Positions 10,864-22,513 of a stretch of 64,000 nt of DNA are shown here, in pieces. Every line of letters starts with the position of its first letter. Position 1 is the first letter of the stretch. The stretch is taken from assembly GCA_016219015.1 (NCBI GenBank), contig JACRCL010000005.1:17095-81094 (forward strand), read 5' to 3'. The stretch is from Deltaproteobacteria bacterium. GTDB taxonomy: Bacteria; Desulfobacterota; GWC2-55-46. The translations under genes were made by a program, and so were the position numbers. Under the pieces are notes generated by a model. That model had not been told where the DNA came from. It was given only the letters and a program-made list of their open reading frames with translations, and did not search any database.

Positions 10864-12219
10864 CTAACCTATCTCTTTTTTCAGGACCTCGGCCAGCTCA
10901 TTTGCCATCCTCTCAATCTCGTCGAGCCTTTCGCCCTCTATTGTTATCCGCGCCAGCGGCTCGGTGCCTGAGTAGCGGATGAAGGCCCTGCCCCTGTGCT
11001 TGAGTTTATCCTCGATTGCCTTCAACGCCTTCGCCACCGTCGGCAGGGCCGAGAGGTCCTTCTTCTCCTTTACCTTTATGTTAAGGAGTATCTGCGGGTA
11101 GCTCTGCATCACCTTCGAAAGCTCTGAGAGTTTCTTTCCGTCCTTCACCATCCTCATCAATACCTGTAAGGCGGTTATGACGCCGTCGCCCGTGGTCGTA
11201 TGGTCGAGGAATATCACGTGCCCGGACTGCTCGCCGCCGAGGTTGTAGCCCCCCTTTAGCATCTCCTCGACCACGTACCTGTCGCCGACGGCTGTCCTTA
11301 TAACGCGCCCGCCGCCCTTCTCGATAGCCTCTTCGAGGCCCGAGTTGCTCATTATCGTGGCGACGAGGGTGTTGTTCTTAAGAGTTCCTTCCTTGAGCAT
11401 CGAAAGCGCGCTTATGGCGAGGATGAAGTCCCCGTCCAGGACATCGCCCTTTTCATCGACCATTATGCAGCGGTCCCCGTCGCCGTCGAGGGCGAAGCCT
11501 ATGTCCGCGCCGGTCGAGCGTACCAGGGCCGCGACCTTGTCAGGGTAGAGCGCCCCGCACTCGTGGTTGATGTTCTCCCCGTCGGGCTTCACCCCTATGG
11601 GTATAACCTCGGCGCCGAGCTCGTAGAACACCGCCGGGGCCACCTTGTAGGCGGCCCCGTTGGCGCAGTCGAGGGCTACTTTAAGCCCGTCGAGCGTAAG
11701 CTCCTTGGGGAAGGTGTTCTTCGCGAAGACGACGTACCTGCCGATGGCGTCGTCGACCCTGTAGGCCTTGCCGACCTCGCTCGCCGTGGGCCTGTGGCTC
11801 GGGTCGTGGTTCTCGAATATGAACTTCTCGATCTGCAGTTCAACTTCATCGGGGAGTTTCAGCCCGTCCCGGGAGAAGAACTTGATGCCGTTGTCCTGGT
11901 AGGGGTTGTGCGAGGCCGATATGACGACCCCGGCGTCGGCCCTCATGCTCGACGTTATGAAGGCTATGCCCGGCGTGGGCAGGGGCCCCACCATTAGCGC
12001 GTCCACGCCCATCGAGCATATCCCGGCCATCATGGCGCTCTCGAGCATGTAGCCCGAAAGGCGCGTGTCCTTGCCTATGACTATCCTGTGCCTGCGCGCC
12101 TCTTTCTTGAAGACGTATGCGATGGCCCTGCCGAGCTGCAATGCCATCTCCGAGGTCATGGGCTCTATGTTGGCCACCCCCCTCACCCCGTCGGTGCCGA
12201 AAAGCCTCTTTTTACGCAT
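10864..12219 (-). CDS. glmM: Phosphoglucosamine mutase
   Basis: [27 protein letters not shown]. Confidence 0.97.
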   Translation of the reverse strand: MRKKRLFGTDGVRGVANIEPMTSEMALQLGRAIAYVFKKEARRHRIVIGKDTRLSGYMLESAMMAGICSMGVDALMVGPLPTPGIAFITSSMRADAGVVISASHNPYQDNGIKFFSRDGLKLPDEVELQIEKFIFENHDPSHRPTASEVGKAYRVDDAIGRYVVFAKNTFPKELTLDGLKVALDCANGAAYKVAPAVFYELGAEVIPIGVKPDGENINHECGALYPDKVAALVRSTGADIGFALDGDGDRCIMVDEKGDVLDGDFILAISALSMLKEGTLKNNTLVATIMSNSGLEEAIEKGGGRVIRTAVGDRYVVEEMLKGGYNLGGEQSGHVIFLDHTTTGDGVITALQVLMRMVKDGKKLSELSKVMQSYPQILLNIKVKEKKDLSALPTVAKALKAIEDKLKHRGRAFIRYSGTEPLARITIEGERLDEIERMANELAEVLKKEIG

Positions 12220-12227
12220 CTTCCGCG

Positions 12228-12875
12228 TTACCTCTCTTTTCTTATCACCAGTTTCACTTCAACGGTATTCCTGCTCAGGGACCTGAACTCGAAGTCCGAC
12301 GTATCGAGCGGGATCGTCAGGCTCGTGGAGTAATTGAGCCCGCTTACGTCTATGGGCTTCGTGTATATGGCGTCGAGGTCCTTTATCTCTTTCTTGACCC
12401 CGCTGGCCGTGATGGTCCTTGGGAATACTATCGCGTCGGCCACCTTGAAGCCGCTCTGCGGCCTGCCGGAAAGCCTCGGCCTGACCTTCAGGTCGGCCGA
12501 GATGAGCCTTTCCATCCTGATGTCGAAAGAGCTCGGGCGGACCTTTATTATATCGACCCCCATCGGCTTTATTATGTCGACGGGCGAGAGCCTGAAGGCG
12601 TTGACGCCCTCCCTTGCCCCGCTAAGGTCAAGCTCCGCCAGTATCTGCGAGGCGGAGAGGTTGTTGACGAATAGCTTGGGCCCTATTACCCTGACCTCCA
12701 CCTCTTCCGGCGGATTGCTCGACATGACGAGGTCCTTTGGTATGCCCTTGAACCCCATGGGCACGATGAAGCCGACCTCGGTGTTGCTCTGGCCGGCCAC
12801 GAAGAACCACAGGGCCGTCGCGAAGATGACGGCCAATACCTTCAACCTTATGTTCGAAGTGAAGATGTTCCTCAC
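12228..12875 (-). CDS. cdaR: CdaR/YbbR-like diadenylate cyclase regulator
   Basis: GTG at 12875 overlaps the dacA stop; [17 protein letters not shown] then beta-rich YbbR repeats; dacA-cdaR-glmM synteny. Confidence 0.88.
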   Translation of the reverse strand: MRNIFTSNIRLKVLAVIFATALWFFVAGQSNTEVGFIVPMGFKGIPKDLVMSSNPPEEVEVRVIGPKLFVNNLSASQILAELDLSGAREGVNAFRLSPVDIIKPMGVDIIKVRPSSFDIRMERLISADLKVRPRLSGRPQSGFKVADAIVFPRTITASGVKKEIKDLDAIYTKPIDVSGLNYSTSLTIPLDTSDFEFRSLSRNTVEVKLVIRKER

Positions 12876-13663
12876 GCGCCGGCCTTCCAGGGGAATATCG
12901 CCTTCCTCGGGTACCCCTTGTACGCGAAGAGGTTCTTGAGATCCGCGAGGAGCTTTTCCGTCTCGAGGTCCACGTAAAGCCCGTCCTCCACGACGAGCGT
13001 TATCTCCCCCGTCTCCTCGGAGACCACTATTATCGCGGCGTCGGTCTCCTCGGCAAGCCCTATGGCCGCCCTGTGCCTCGTGCCCATGGACTTCGTAAGC
13101 TCCTTCTCGGTAAGGGGCAGGATGCACCCGGCCTTGTATATGCGGCTCCCGCGCACCAGCACGGCCCCGTCGTGCATGGGCGAGGAGGTGTTGAAGATCG
13201 AGATGAGCAGTTCCTTCGAGAGCTTCGCGTCGACCTCCACGCCCACGTCGAGGAAGTCCCCGAGGTCTATCCCGCGCTCCATCACTATTATGCCGCCAGT
13301 CCTTGTCTTGGACATGACGGACGCGGCCTTGGTTATCTCCTCCAATACCTCGCGGCTGCCGAGTATGTCGCGCGAGCTGAAGGGCTTGCCCATGTGCACG
13401 AGCGCCTTCCTTATGTCCTGCTGGAAGACGACTATTATGAATATCACGATGGAGCCGAGGAAGTTCGACAGTATCCAGTGGAGCGTAAGGAGCTCCACCC
13501 TCTGCGATACGAAGTAGATGACTATGATTACGGCGAGCCCCCAGAGCATGCGCTCCGCCCTCGTGCCCTTGAACGTGAGCATGAACCAGTAAAGGACCAT
13601 GGCCACGAGGATTATATCGAGGACCGTGACTATGTTGTTGAACCTGAATATGGATTCGAGCAT
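12872..13663 (-). CDS. dacA: Diadenylate cyclase CdaA
   Basis: Three TM helices, HDGA and GTRHRAA motifs. Confidence 0.95.
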   Translation of the reverse strand: MLESIFRFNNIVTVLDIILVAMVLYWFMLTFKGTRAERMLWGLAVIIVIYFVSQRVELLTLHWILSNFLGSIVIFIIVVFQQDIRKALVHMGKPFSSRDILGSREVLEEITKAASVMSKTRTGGIIVMERGIDLGDFLDVGVEVDAKLSKELLISIFNTSSPMHDGAVLVRGSRIYKAGCILPLTEKELTKSMGTRHRAAIGLAEETDAAIIVVSEETGEITLVVEDGLYVDLETEKLLADLKNLFAYKGYPRKAIFPWKAGA

Positions 13664-13675
13664 TCCGCCTCTAAC

Positions 13676-13791
13676 AGGCTGCTGAAAAAGTCCATCTGCT
13701 TTGTTGTCTTCGTCGCTCGTACTGCGGCTACAGAGTACGGTTAACTCTTTAGCTTCTCGACGCCTCGCATCTGGAGCTTTTTGAGCAGCCT
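13676..13791. repeat. Family-A MITE-like repeat
   Basis: AGGCTGCTGAAAAAGTCCATCTGC...GCATCTGGAGCTTTTTGAGCAGCCT; extra end TTTTTCAGCACCCTG to 13820. Confidence 0.9.
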
Positions 13792-13820
13792 AAAGAAATT
13801 CTGAGTTTTTCAGCACCCTG

Positions 13821-15029
13821 CTATAACCCCGCGGCATTGACCGCGTCGGCCATCGTCGCCGCCTGCCTGGCCTCTTTCACGTCGTGGACCCTCAAGACGT
13901 GCGCGCCGTTAAGCACGCACGCCACAGCCGCCGCCAGGGTCCCGGCGAGCCTCTCCGTAATATCGGCCCCCGACCCGATGGTGTCGCCTATGAAAGACTT
14001 CCTCGAAGGCCCGGCGAGCACCGGGCAGCCCAGCGAACTGAACTCCCGGAGGTTCTTTATAAGCTCGAGGTTGCCTTCCCTCGATTTACCGAACCCGAGC
14101 CCCGGGTCTATCATTATACCCTCGGCGTCTATGCCCGAGGCCCTGGCGTACTCCACCTTATCGAGCAGATAATCGTAGATTTCCGATATAAGGTCCACGT
14201 ACTCGACGTTTTTCTGCATCGTCTCCGGGGTGCCCCGCATATGCATAATGATAACCGGGGCCTTAAAAGCCGCGCAGACCCCGGCCATCTCCTTATCCGA
14301 CAGGCCGCTTACGTCGTTCACGGCCTCTGCCCCGGCGGACAGGGCCTCTTTCGCAACGATAGCCTTTCTCGTGTCTATCGAGACGGCTATGCCCTCTTTC
14401 GACAACGCCTCCACCACCGGCATTACGCGGCGGAGCTCCTCGTTCGCCTCCACGGGCCTCGCTCCGGGCCTTGTGGATTCGCCCCCGACATCTACCCAGT
14501 CCGCGCCCTCGGAGACCATCTCAAGGGCCCTCTGGATTGCCGCGGCCTTATCAAAAAAAAGCCCCTTGTCCGAGAACGAATCAGGGGTGACGTTCAGTAT
14601 GCCCATTATGAGGGTCCGCTTCCCCAGCTCCCACTGCCTCGTGCGCCCCTTGAAGACATAAGAGCGCCTGCGCGAGTTCTCAAGGGCGGCGGCTATCGAC
14701 TCGCCCACTTCCGGGAGGCCGAAGGACTGATATTTAAGCTTGTCTACAAGGGTGTTGAACTGCTTGAGCGTCCCGGAGAGGACCGCCCCGCTCTTCTCAA
14801 CGGAGCAGGAGGCCGCCCCCCTGGCCACGGCCGCCTCGCCGCCTATGGAGAGCATCTCCTGCTTGATGACGTTCGCCTGCGGGGCGGAAAGATCGCGGAC
14901 CTTAAGGTTGTAATGGAACTGCTTCGGGGCCATTATGCGGATGCCGGCCGGGTCGACCCCGATGCTACGCATCTCGGCCTCGGCTCTTTCCATCGACGAT
15001 ATCTCAAGGCATCTTACAGGTGGCCTCAC
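13821..15029 (-). CDS. folP: Dihydropteroate synthase with N-terminal extension
   Basis: MGILNVTPDSFSD, GGESTRPG, IDPGLGFGK, SRKSF, RVHDV. Confidence 0.95.
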   Translation of the reverse strand: MRPPVRCLEISSMERAEAEMRSIGVDPAGIRIMAPKQFHYNLKVRDLSAPQANVIKQEMLSIGGEAAVARGAASCSVEKSGAVLSGTLKQFNTLVDKLKYQSFGLPEVGESIAAALENSRRRSYVFKGRTRQWELGKRTLIMGILNVTPDSFSDKGLFFDKAAAIQRALEMVSEGADWVDVGGESTRPGARPVEANEELRRVMPVVEALSKEGIAVSIDTRKAIVAKEALSAGAEAVNDVSGLSDKEMAGVCAAFKAPVIIMHMRGTPETMQKNVEYVDLISEIYDYLLDKVEYARASGIDAEGIMIDPGLGFGKSREGNLELIKNLREFSSLGCPVLAGPSRKSFIGDTIGSGADITERLAGTLAAAVACVLNGAHVLRVHDVKEARQAATMADAVNAAGL

Positions 15030-15185
15030 CGGGGCTCTCCGCCGGATATGGAAGGAATTTTAACGTTTGTAATTCGCTCGCTCCTCCCCGCGGTCTTTCC
15101 ACGGGGGGTCCGCTCGCTATGCTTGTCGACTGGATTTTAAACGGAATAGCCGACGGGGCCATTAGGCCCCGCGGCAAATGAAGCA

Positions 15186-17063
15186 TTACTTTACGACTAC
15201 CCCGAGCTGCTCGGCGTCCTCGGGCTTCAATGCCTCGGGCTTGGCGCCGGGGCCGCTTGCGGCCGGCGGGGCCGGGCCGTCCGCGAAGATGAGCCTGTCT
15301 ATCTCCGGGCCGTCGAGGACCTCTTTTTCAAGGAGCACGCCCGCGAGCCTGTGGAGGGTGTCGAGCCTGCCCTCGAGGAGCTTCTTCGCCCTGTTATAGT
15401 TCTCGATCACTATCTTCTTTATCTCGGTGTCTATCTCCTCGGCGGTCTCCTCGCTGAAGTCCCTCCTCTGCGCCATCTCCTTGCCGAGGAATATGTGCTC
15501 TTCCTTCTTGCCGAAGGTCAGCGGCCCGAGCTTATCGCTCATGCCCCACTCGCAGACCATCTTCCGCGCAATCTCCGTGGACCTCTCGATGTCGTTGCCC
15601 GCGCCGGTGGTCATGTGCTTCAAGATCAGCTCCTCGGCCGCCCTGCCGCCCATAAGTACCGCGATGTTGTTGACGAGGTACTCCTTGCTGTACGTGTGCC
15701 TGTCGTCTATGGGTATCTGCTGCGTAAGCCCGAGCGCCATGCCCCTCGGGATTATCGATACCTTGTGTATCGGGTCGGTGCCGGGGATGAGCCTGGCGAC
15801 GAGCGTGTGCCCGGCCTCGTGGTAGGCCGTATTTTTCTTCTCGGAGTCGCTTATTATCATCGACCTCCTCTCGCTTCCCATGAGGAGCTTGTCCTTGGCG
15901 TCGTCGAACTCTATCTTCTCGACCTTGTCCTTGCCCCTGCGGGCCGCAAGGAGGGCGGCCTCGTTGACGAGGTTTGAAAGGTCCGCGCCCGAAAAACCCG
16001 GCGTGCCGCGCGCCACCACGTCGAGGTTGACGTCCGTGCCGAGCGGGGTCTTGGCGGCGTGCACCTTCAGTATCTCTTCCCTGCCCCTTATGTCGGGCTT
16101 GGGCACGACGACGTTCCTGTCGAACCTGCCGGGGCGAAGGAGCGCCGGGTCGAGCACGTCGGGCCTGTTGGTGGCCGCGATTATGATGACGCCCTCGTTG
16201 CTCTCGAAGCCGTCCATCTCCACGAGGAGCTGGTTCAGCGTCTGCTCCCTCTCGTCGTGGCCCCCGCCGAGGCCCGCGCCCCTGTGGCGGCCGACGGCGT
16301 CTATCTCGTCTATGAATATTATGCAGGGAGCGTTCTTCTTGCCCTGCACGAAAAGGTCCCTTACGCGCGAGGCGCCCACGCCCACGAACATCTCGACGAA
16401 GTCGCTGCCGGAAATCGAGAAGAACGGCACTCCGGCCTCTCCGGCTATGGCCTTGGCCAGAAGGGTCTTCCCCGTTCCGGGCGAGCCGACGAGGAGGACG
16501 CCCTTGGGTATCCTGCCGCCGAGCCTGGTGAACTTCTTGGGGTCCTTCAGGAACTCTATTATCTCCTCGACCTCATCCTTGGCCTCGTCTATGCCGGCCA
16601 CGTCCTTGAACGTCACCCTGTGCTGGTTCTCGGTCAAGAGCTTCGCCCTCGATTTGCCGAAGCTCATCGCCTTGCCGCCGCCGCTCTGCATCTGGCGCAT
16701 GAAGAATATCCAGACCCCGATGAGGAGTATCATCGGGAACCACGATACGAATATCGTGCCCCACGACGGCGTCTCGACGACGGGCTCGGCGGTGATTTTA
16801 ACGCCGCTTGAGCGGAGCTTGCCTATGAGGTCGGGGTACTGGGGGGAGTAGGACTTGAAAGTCTTGCCGTCCTTGAACTTGCCGAGTATGTCGTTGCCCT
16901 GGATGGTTACCTCGGCGATATTTCCGCTTTCAACTTCCTGTATAAAATCGCTGAAGATGACCTTTTCCGACGAAGGCTGCTTGTAGCTTATTAGATTGAA
17001 CATAAGTACGACAGTGGCTATTATTATGAGCCACATGGCTATGTTCTTATATAACTGGTTCAT
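15186..17063 (-). CDS. ftsH: ATP-dependent zinc metalloprotease FtsH
   Basis: Two [10 protein letters not shown], second region of homology, HEAGH. Confidence 0.98.
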   Translation of the reverse strand: MNQLYKNIAMWLIIIATVVLMFNLISYKQPSSEKVIFSDFIQEVESGNIAEVTIQGNDILGKFKDGKTFKSYSPQYPDLIGKLRSSGVKITAEPVVETPSWGTIFVSWFPMILLIGVWIFFMRQMQSGGGKAMSFGKSRAKLLTENQHRVTFKDVAGIDEAKDEVEEIIEFLKDPKKFTRLGGRIPKGVLLVGSPGTGKTLLAKAIAGEAGVPFFSISGSDFVEMFVGVGASRVRDLFVQGKKNAPCIIFIDEIDAVGRHRGAGLGGGHDEREQTLNQLLVEMDGFESNEGVIIIAATNRPDVLDPALLRPGRFDRNVVVPKPDIRGREEILKVHAAKTPLGTDVNLDVVARGTPGFSGADLSNLVNEAALLAARRGKDKVEKIEFDDAKDKLLMGSERRSMIISDSEKKNTAYHEAGHTLVARLIPGTDPIHKVSIIPRGMALGLTQQIPIDDRHTYSKEYLVNNIAVLMGGRAAEELILKHMTTGAGNDIERSTEIARKMVCEWGMSDKLGPLTFGKKEEHIFLGKEMAQRRDFSEETAEEIDTEIKKIVIENYNRAKKLLEGRLDTLHRLAGVLLEKEVLDGPEIDRLIFADGPAPPAASGPGAKPEALKPEDAEQLGVVVK

Positions 17064-17212
17064 TTATGAGTCCTCTCCGGATATAAATGGGGGTATGGAT
17101 TGCCTTGAAAATAGCACAAAATATTCTGTCATATATCAAAGGATTTTACAATAAAAATATTTTTACGGAATATGGATTTACGTCACTGATTTACATGATA
17201 AATACCGGCAAT

Positions 17213-18070
17213 TCAACCCCTCCTGCCGGCCCTTCTGTTCACCTTCCTCCCGCCCCTGTCGTAGGCGGCCTTGGCTATGGAGGCGCTGAAGAGGAATATG
17301 TTCGAGGAGTAGAACATCCACAAAAGGAGCACCATGAGGGTCCCTATCGAGCCGTAGAACTTGTTATAGGTAGGGAAATTCGATATATACCACTCGAAAA
17401 GGTGCTTCGCCGTCTCCCAAAGTGCCGTGAAGACGAGGCTGCCGAAAAAGGCGTGGTTTAAATCCATGCTTGAGCCCGCGAACATCCTGTAAACAAGACC
17501 TACGACAAATGTAACAAGAAGGAACGGGATTACGTACTTGAATATCACGCTCTGGATAAGGTAATGGAGCACCTCCCACCCGAAAAAGCTTATCTCGGCC
17601 TTTTTTATCAATATCGACGCCGCGGTCATGGTTATCGATATGAACGCCGCGATGATACCTATCAGGAGGACTATCAGGTATACTATCCTGCTTTTTATGA
17701 ACCCCCGCTTGACGGTTATGCCGAATATGCCGGTAAGAGCGTCCGCCGTGGCGCCGAGCACAAGCTCGGCGCTCGATATGAGCGATATTATGCCGAGCCA
17801 GCTCATCTTCTTCCACTCGTACGACAGCCCCTTGATGTCGCCTATCGTCTTGTCCCCTATATAGGGGAGCGACTGTTTGGCCATGCCCACGACCCGCTCC
17901 ATGAGCCCCGCCCTGGCGCCCATTATGAATCCGAGCCCGGCGGTAATTAGGAGCATTATGGGGACGAGCGAGAAAAAGGCGTAGAAGGATATCGCGGCGG
18001 ACCTGTTGAAGCAGTTGTTCCTGCCGTATATCCTGAAACCGTCGCGTATGGCCCCGAAAAAGTCCCTCAA
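17213..18070 (-). CDS. YihY/BrkB family membrane protein
   Basis: AAISFYAFFSLVP and YNKFYGSIGTLMVLLLWMFY motifs. Confidence 0.9.
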   Translation of the reverse strand: MRDFFGAIRDGFRIYGRNNCFNRSAAISFYAFFSLVPIMLLITAGLGFIMGARAGLMERVVGMAKQSLPYIGDKTIGDIKGLSYEWKKMSWLGIISLISSAELVLGATADALTGIFGITVKRGFIKSRIVYLIVLLIGIIAAFISITMTAASILIKKAEISFFGWEVLHYLIQSVIFKYVIPFLLVTFVVGLVYRMFAGSSMDLNHAFFGSLVFTALWETAKHLFEWYISNFPTYNKFYGSIGTLMVLLLWMFYSSNIFLFSASIAKAAYDRGGRKVNRRAGRRG

Positions 18071-19377
18071 TGCCTCTTCCTGAAAATGAGCTTTATCGGT
18101 ACGTTCTCCATGCCGAGGGTTTCCCGCAGCCCGGCCGCCAGGTACCTCTTGTACTGGTCCTGTACCCCCTCGGGGATGTTTGCGAAGACCACGAAAGTCG
18201 GCGGCATGACGCCCGTCTGGGTCATATAGTAGAACTTGACCTCCTTGCCCTTGTAGGCCGGGGGGTGGTAGCGCCCCTGTATGCCTTCGAGGGCGTCGTT
18301 GAGCTTCGACGTCGACACACGGGTCCTGCCCTTTTCCACGACCTCGTCTATGGTGTCAAGCACCTTCTTCACCCTCTGCCCGGTCAGCGCGGACGTGAAA
18401 ATGACCGGGGCGTACGTGAGGAACGGCAGCGTCTTCCTTATGAAATCCTCCGCGTGCCCGGCCGTGTGCGTGTCCTTCTCGACGAGGTCCCATTTGTTCA
18501 CGACTATCACGCAGCACTTCTTCCTGTCCTCTATGAGCCCGGCTATCTTCTCGTCCTGCGCCTTCACGCCCTCATGGCCGTCCACGACGAGGACGGCGGC
18601 GTCGCACCGCTCTATCGACTTTATCGCCTCCATGACGCAGTAGCTCTCTACCGTGAGGCTTATCTTGTTCTTTTTCCTTATCCCGGCGGTGTCTATGAAT
18701 AGGTACTTCCTCCCGTCGGATTCAAAGGGCGTATCGATCGAGTCCCTCGTGGTGCCTGCCACGTCGCTCACTATGGAGCGCTGCCTGCCTATGAGCCTGT
18801 TAAGGAGCGAAGATTTGCCGGCGTTGGGCCTTCCTACTATCGCCACGCTCACCCTTTCGCCGGGGGCCTCTTCCTCCTCGGCCGGCGGGAGCTTCTCTAT
18901 TATACCGTCTATGAGCTCGTTTAAGCCCCTGCCGTGCTCGGCGGATACCGGCAAGACCTGGCCTATGCCGAGCCCGTAGAACTCCGCGGCGCCGGCGTCC
19001 AGCCTGTCGGTATCGAGCTTGTTTACGGCGTAGATGACGGGCTTGCCCGACCGCCTCAGCATATCAACGAGGTCCTTGTCCTGAGGGGTGGGGCCGACCC
19101 TGCCGTCCATGAGGAATACGATGACGTCCGAATCCTCAATGGCGAGGCGCGCCTGGTCCCTCACCTGCTTCAGTATCTCGTCGGTGGTATCGGCCTCGAA
19201 GCCGCCGGTATCAACGACCGTAAAGGCGTGTCCGAGTTCCTCGGCGTCCCCGAAGTTCAAGTCCCTCGTCACCCCCGGCTCGTCGGCTACTATGGCCTTG
19301 CGCCTGCCGATTATCCTGTTGAAGAGCGTCGATTTACCCACGTTGGGGCGGCCTACGATGGCTACTATTGGCTTCAT
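18067..19377 (-). CDS. der: Ribosome biogenesis GTPase Der
   Basis: Two G domains (GRPNVGKS, GRPNAGKS), KH-like tail. Confidence 0.97.
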   Translation of the reverse strand: MKPIVAIVGRPNVGKSTLFNRIIGRRKAIVADEPGVTRDLNFGDAEELGHAFTVVDTGGFEADTTDEILKQVRDQARLAIEDSDVIVFLMDGRVGPTPQDKDLVDMLRRSGKPVIYAVNKLDTDRLDAGAAEFYGLGIGQVLPVSAEHGRGLNELIDGIIEKLPPAEEEEAPGERVSVAIVGRPNAGKSSLLNRLIGRQRSIVSDVAGTTRDSIDTPFESDGRKYLFIDTAGIRKKNKISLTVESYCVMEAIKSIERCDAAVLVVDGHEGVKAQDEKIAGLIEDRKKCCVIVVNKWDLVEKDTHTAGHAEDFIRKTLPFLTYAPVIFTSALTGQRVKKVLDTIDEVVEKGRTRVSTSKLNDALEGIQGRYHPPAYKGKEVKFYYMTQTGVMPPTFVVFANIPEGVQDQYKRYLAAGLRETLGMENVPIKLIFRKRH

Positions 19378-19432
19378 ATCATCCTAAAAGGCTGTTCAAA
19401 AGCTCCATATGCGGCCTGTTAATACCCGCTAA

Positions 19433-19556
19433 AGGCTGCTCAAAAAGCTCCAGATGCGAGGCCCCACTGGAATAGGGGAGCTTAGGAATGAGACGTACTC
19501 TCCTCACGTTATGACAAGACGTAGACAACAAAGCAGATGGACTTTTTCAGCAGCCT
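19433..19556. repeat. Family-A MITE-like repeat (degenerate half copy at ~19389-19421)
   Basis: AGGCTGCTCAAAAAGCTCCAGATGC...GCAGATGGACTTTTTCAGCAGCCT. Confidence 0.9.
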
Positions 19557-19557
19557 T

Positions 19558-20442
19558 TTAATACCCGAATTCTTTTAACGCCCCCGGCTTCTTAGTCCAA
19601 TCCTCCTGAACGCGCACGAAAAGCTCGATATATACCCTTGCGCCGAGGAGCCTTTCGAGGTCTTCCCTCGCGGCCGTCCCTATCCTCTTGAGCATAGAGC
19701 CCGCCTTGCCTATTATTATACCCTTCTGGGAGTCCTTCTCGACGTTTATGGCGGCCGAGATGGAGATGAGGTCCTTCGCCCTTTTTTCCTCGAACCGCTC
19801 TATCACGACGGCTACCGAGTACGGGACCTCCTCCTTGGTGAAGCGGAATATCTTTTCCCTGATTATCTCGGCGGCTATGAACCTCTCCGGCACGTCGGTG
19901 ATGGCGTCCTCGGGGAAGTATTGCGGCCCCTCGGGCAGCAGGCCCGCGATGAGGCCGAAGAGCACGTCGATGCCGTCTTTCTTGAGGGCCGATATGGGCA
20001 CTATCTCCTTGAACGGATAGAGCTTCGAGTATTCCTCTATTAAAGGCAGGACCATCCTCCGGTCGATCTTATCGACCTTGTTTATGCCGAGTATGACGGG
20101 GCACTTGACCCCCTTGAGGCCCATTATTATGAAGCGGTCGTCGTCGGTAACGGGCCTGTTCGCCTCGACGAGATAGACTATGGCGTCCACCTCTCGCAGC
20201 GTCGACAGCGCCTCCTTGACCATGAACTCGTTCAAGAGCCCCTTGCCCTTGTGTATGCCCGGCGTGTCTATGAATATCACCTGGGCGTCTTTCAGGTTCT
20301 TGACGCCCCTTATGACGTTCCGAGTCGTCTGGGGCTTCTCGGAGACGATCGATATCTTTTCGCCGAGTATGGCGTTAAGGAGGGTCGATTTCCCGGCGTT
20401 GGGACGGCCGATTATGGATATGAAGCCGGATTTGAATGACAT
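19558..20442 (-). CDS. era: GTPase Era
   Basis: GRPNAGKST, PQTTR, KH domain with IIIGKAG. Confidence 0.97.
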   Translation of the reverse strand: MSFKSGFISIIGRPNAGKSTLLNAILGEKISIVSEKPQTTRNVIRGVKNLKDAQVIFIDTPGIHKGKGLLNEFMVKEALSTLREVDAIVYLVEANRPVTDDDRFIIMGLKGVKCPVILGINKVDKIDRRMVLPLIEEYSKLYPFKEIVPISALKKDGIDVLFGLIAGLLPEGPQYFPEDAITDVPERFIAAEIIREKIFRFTKEEVPYSVAVVIERFEEKRAKDLISISAAINVEKDSQKGIIIGKAGSMLKRIGTAAREDLERLLGARVYIELFVRVQEDWTKKPGALKEFGY

Positions 20443-20605
20443 ATTATCCCTGAAAAGTCTTCTTGTTAATACTTACGTCCCGCACGTAACAACGCAGTAT
20501 AAAGGCATTTTATTGCTTTCGCATTAATAATTTATCAGGATACCATTAAGAAATGTAAGTGTAAAGAGGGGATGCAGGCGCGGTCTTGCTCAAAGGCGAG
20601 TATTT

Positions 20606-22015
20606 TTATTGCCGCCCGTTCTCGCCCAGTACCTCTTTCAGGTTGACCGCGGCTATCAGCATGGACAAAGGGGTCAGGTGTAGAAGCACCCTGTCGAGGG
20701 AGGTCTGTATGAGCCAGTTTATATCATTCGGGCTTATCACATATATAAGAACGTAGACGGCAAGCTGGGATAAAAGCATTGCGTTAAGGATGAGAAGGGG
20801 TTTTCTGGCAAGCCCCCGCAGGTTGAATATGAACGACGCCGCGTACAGCCACCATGTGAAGTTATAGAGGGCTATGTACCCGAACATGTATTCGACCATG
20901 CGCGTCAAAACCAATTTAATCCTGCCGATATTCCCGAAAAATACGCTCAATCCCATATTGCCGGTGTATTCGCTCTTAAGCCCGAGGCCCGTCTTGTAGA
21001 CCGACCAGGGGGCTATGAAGAGCATGAGCACGGCGGCTATTATTGCGGCCTTTAACCACCACCCTTTCTTCTCAGTCATCAGATATATCAGGATGCCGAG
21101 GAAACCGAGTGCCGCGAACGCAAGCCCCTCGTTCTTTGTCCACGCGCCGAGGGCGAGGAAGAGGCCGGATAATATTACCTGCGGGGTCCTGCCCTCCTGC
21201 GTATAGAGATAAAAGAAGGCGCAGGCCGAGAGGAAGTAGACGGCTATCGTAAGGTCGGCGTGGCCCACGAAGTCCCCTACGTACAGCACGCCTATCTTTA
21301 CCGGGAACCCGCCGGAATGGATGAGCACGATAGGCGTCAGCGACAGGAGCGCCGTGAATACGAGCCCCGCCCTCCTTCCCCAAAGCCTCTTTGTGAAGTA
21401 ATAAAATACGGCGAGCATGGAGTAGAACTGGAGCGGGAATATCGCCTTTGCCGCTGTCTCGCTCACATGGCCTATGGCGGTGTAGACCCACGCTATCGAT
21501 AGGGGTATAAGGAGCGGATATTCCGGGTGGTCGTAGGCGTAGAGACCGTTCGTGAGGAAGCCGTTGGATACGGTCCTATCCACAAAAAAGGCCCTGCCCT
21601 TCAGGAACCAGATGAACCACGCGTCCCACCCGGCAAGCGGAAGGGCCAGGGCGTAGACGAGGGCGTAAGCCGCCTGCGAAAGGATCACTACCGATAGTAT
21701 TACATCAAAGAGGCCTGGACCGGTCTTTTCAATCGAAGACGCTGCTTTCTGAGGTCTCTTCCTGATGGAGTAGAGGAGCAGGGCCCCGGCGATAATCACC
21801 CACGGGGCCGAGACGGAGTAAAAGCCGAAAGGTATTGACGCGAGGGAGTAGAGGAACATCTGTAGGGATATCGCGCCGAGACCCAGGCTGAAGGATATCG
21901 CCGCCCTTACGCCGGTATTCAGCCCAAGCTCACCCTTGAGGTCTATTATCCGTAAAAGGACATACCCCGACAGGAGAAACGCGGTTATGGCCGATATAGC
22001 CATGAATACTGTCAT
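20606..22015 (-). CDS. Polytopic membrane protein, probable GT-C (PMT-like) glycosyltransferase
   Basis: ~12 TM helices; WDAWFIW, HPEYPLL, AWTKNEG motifs. Confidence 0.65.
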   Translation of the reverse strand: MTVFMAISAITAFLLSGYVLLRIIDLKGELGLNTGVRAAISFSLGLGAISLQMFLYSLASIPFGFYSVSAPWVIIAGALLLYSIRKRPQKAASSIEKTGPGLFDVILSVVILSQAAYALVYALALPLAGWDAWFIWFLKGRAFFVDRTVSNGFLTNGLYAYDHPEYPLLIPLSIAWVYTAIGHVSETAAKAIFPLQFYSMLAVFYYFTKRLWGRRAGLVFTALLSLTPIVLIHSGGFPVKIGVLYVGDFVGHADLTIAVYFLSACAFFYLYTQEGRTPQVILSGLFLALGAWTKNEGLAFAALGFLGILIYLMTEKKGWWLKAAIIAAVLMLFIAPWSVYKTGLGLKSEYTGNMGLSVFFGNIGRIKLVLTRMVEYMFGYIALYNFTWWLYAASFIFNLRGLARKPLLILNAMLLSQLAVYVLIYVISPNDINWLIQTSLDRVLLHLTPLSMLIAAVNLKEVLGENGRQ

Positions 22016-22509
22016 CGCGCGCCCGCCCCGGCGACCCTGTACAGGGCCTGCGCGCCCTTCTCGTCCGCGCGGCCGTAGACCTTGTCGATCTTCAATGCCG
22101 AGGCGAGCGCGGCCTCAAGGGAAGGGTCTTCAGAGGGGGGGAAGAATAGCATTATGTAGTCGCCCTCTTTTAATACCGCCGGTTCAAACCGCGCCCCCGG
22201 CTCTATCACCTTGAGATTTCGCGGGTAGAGGTAGTACGCGGCCTTCCCGGAGATAAACGATCCTTCCGGGCTTTTGGATTCGGACGGGTTGAAAAAATAG
22301 ACCGTTGAGCCCGTTGGAGTCAAAGAGGCGGCCTTCTCCGACAGCTCGTCTATCGACCTTATCGTGAGCCTCTGGCGCTCGGCGCTGTCCGAAAGAATGA
22401 CCCGCATCAGTTTCACGGCGGTTATCTCCGCCTTGAAGACCGGCAGGCTGCCAAAGGCCCATAGGCACACGAGGATCGCTAAGATAAGTCCTTTTCGGCC
22501 TTTCAGCAT
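22012..22509 (-). CDS. Hypothetical membrane-anchored protein
   Basis: N-terminal hydrophobic helix; overlaps the start of the GT-C gene; YYLYPR motif. Confidence 0.6.
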   Translation of the reverse strand: MLKGRKGLILAILVCLWAFGSLPVFKAEITAVKLMRVILSDSAERQRLTIRSIDELSEKAASLTPTGSTVYFFNPSESKSPEGSFISGKAAYYLYPRNLKVIEPGARFEPAVLKEGDYIMLFFPPSEDPSLEAALASALKIDKVYGRADEKGAQALYRVAGAGAR

Positions 22510-22513
22510 CTCT

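Noticed and set aside
12876-13127. Long N-terminus of the 299-aa cdaR ORF
   Set aside because: Overlaps dacA out of frame; the coupled GTG at 12875 is the better start
10864-13663. c-di-AMP module dacA-cdaR-glmM in a diderm
   Set aside because: Well-known conserved arrangement
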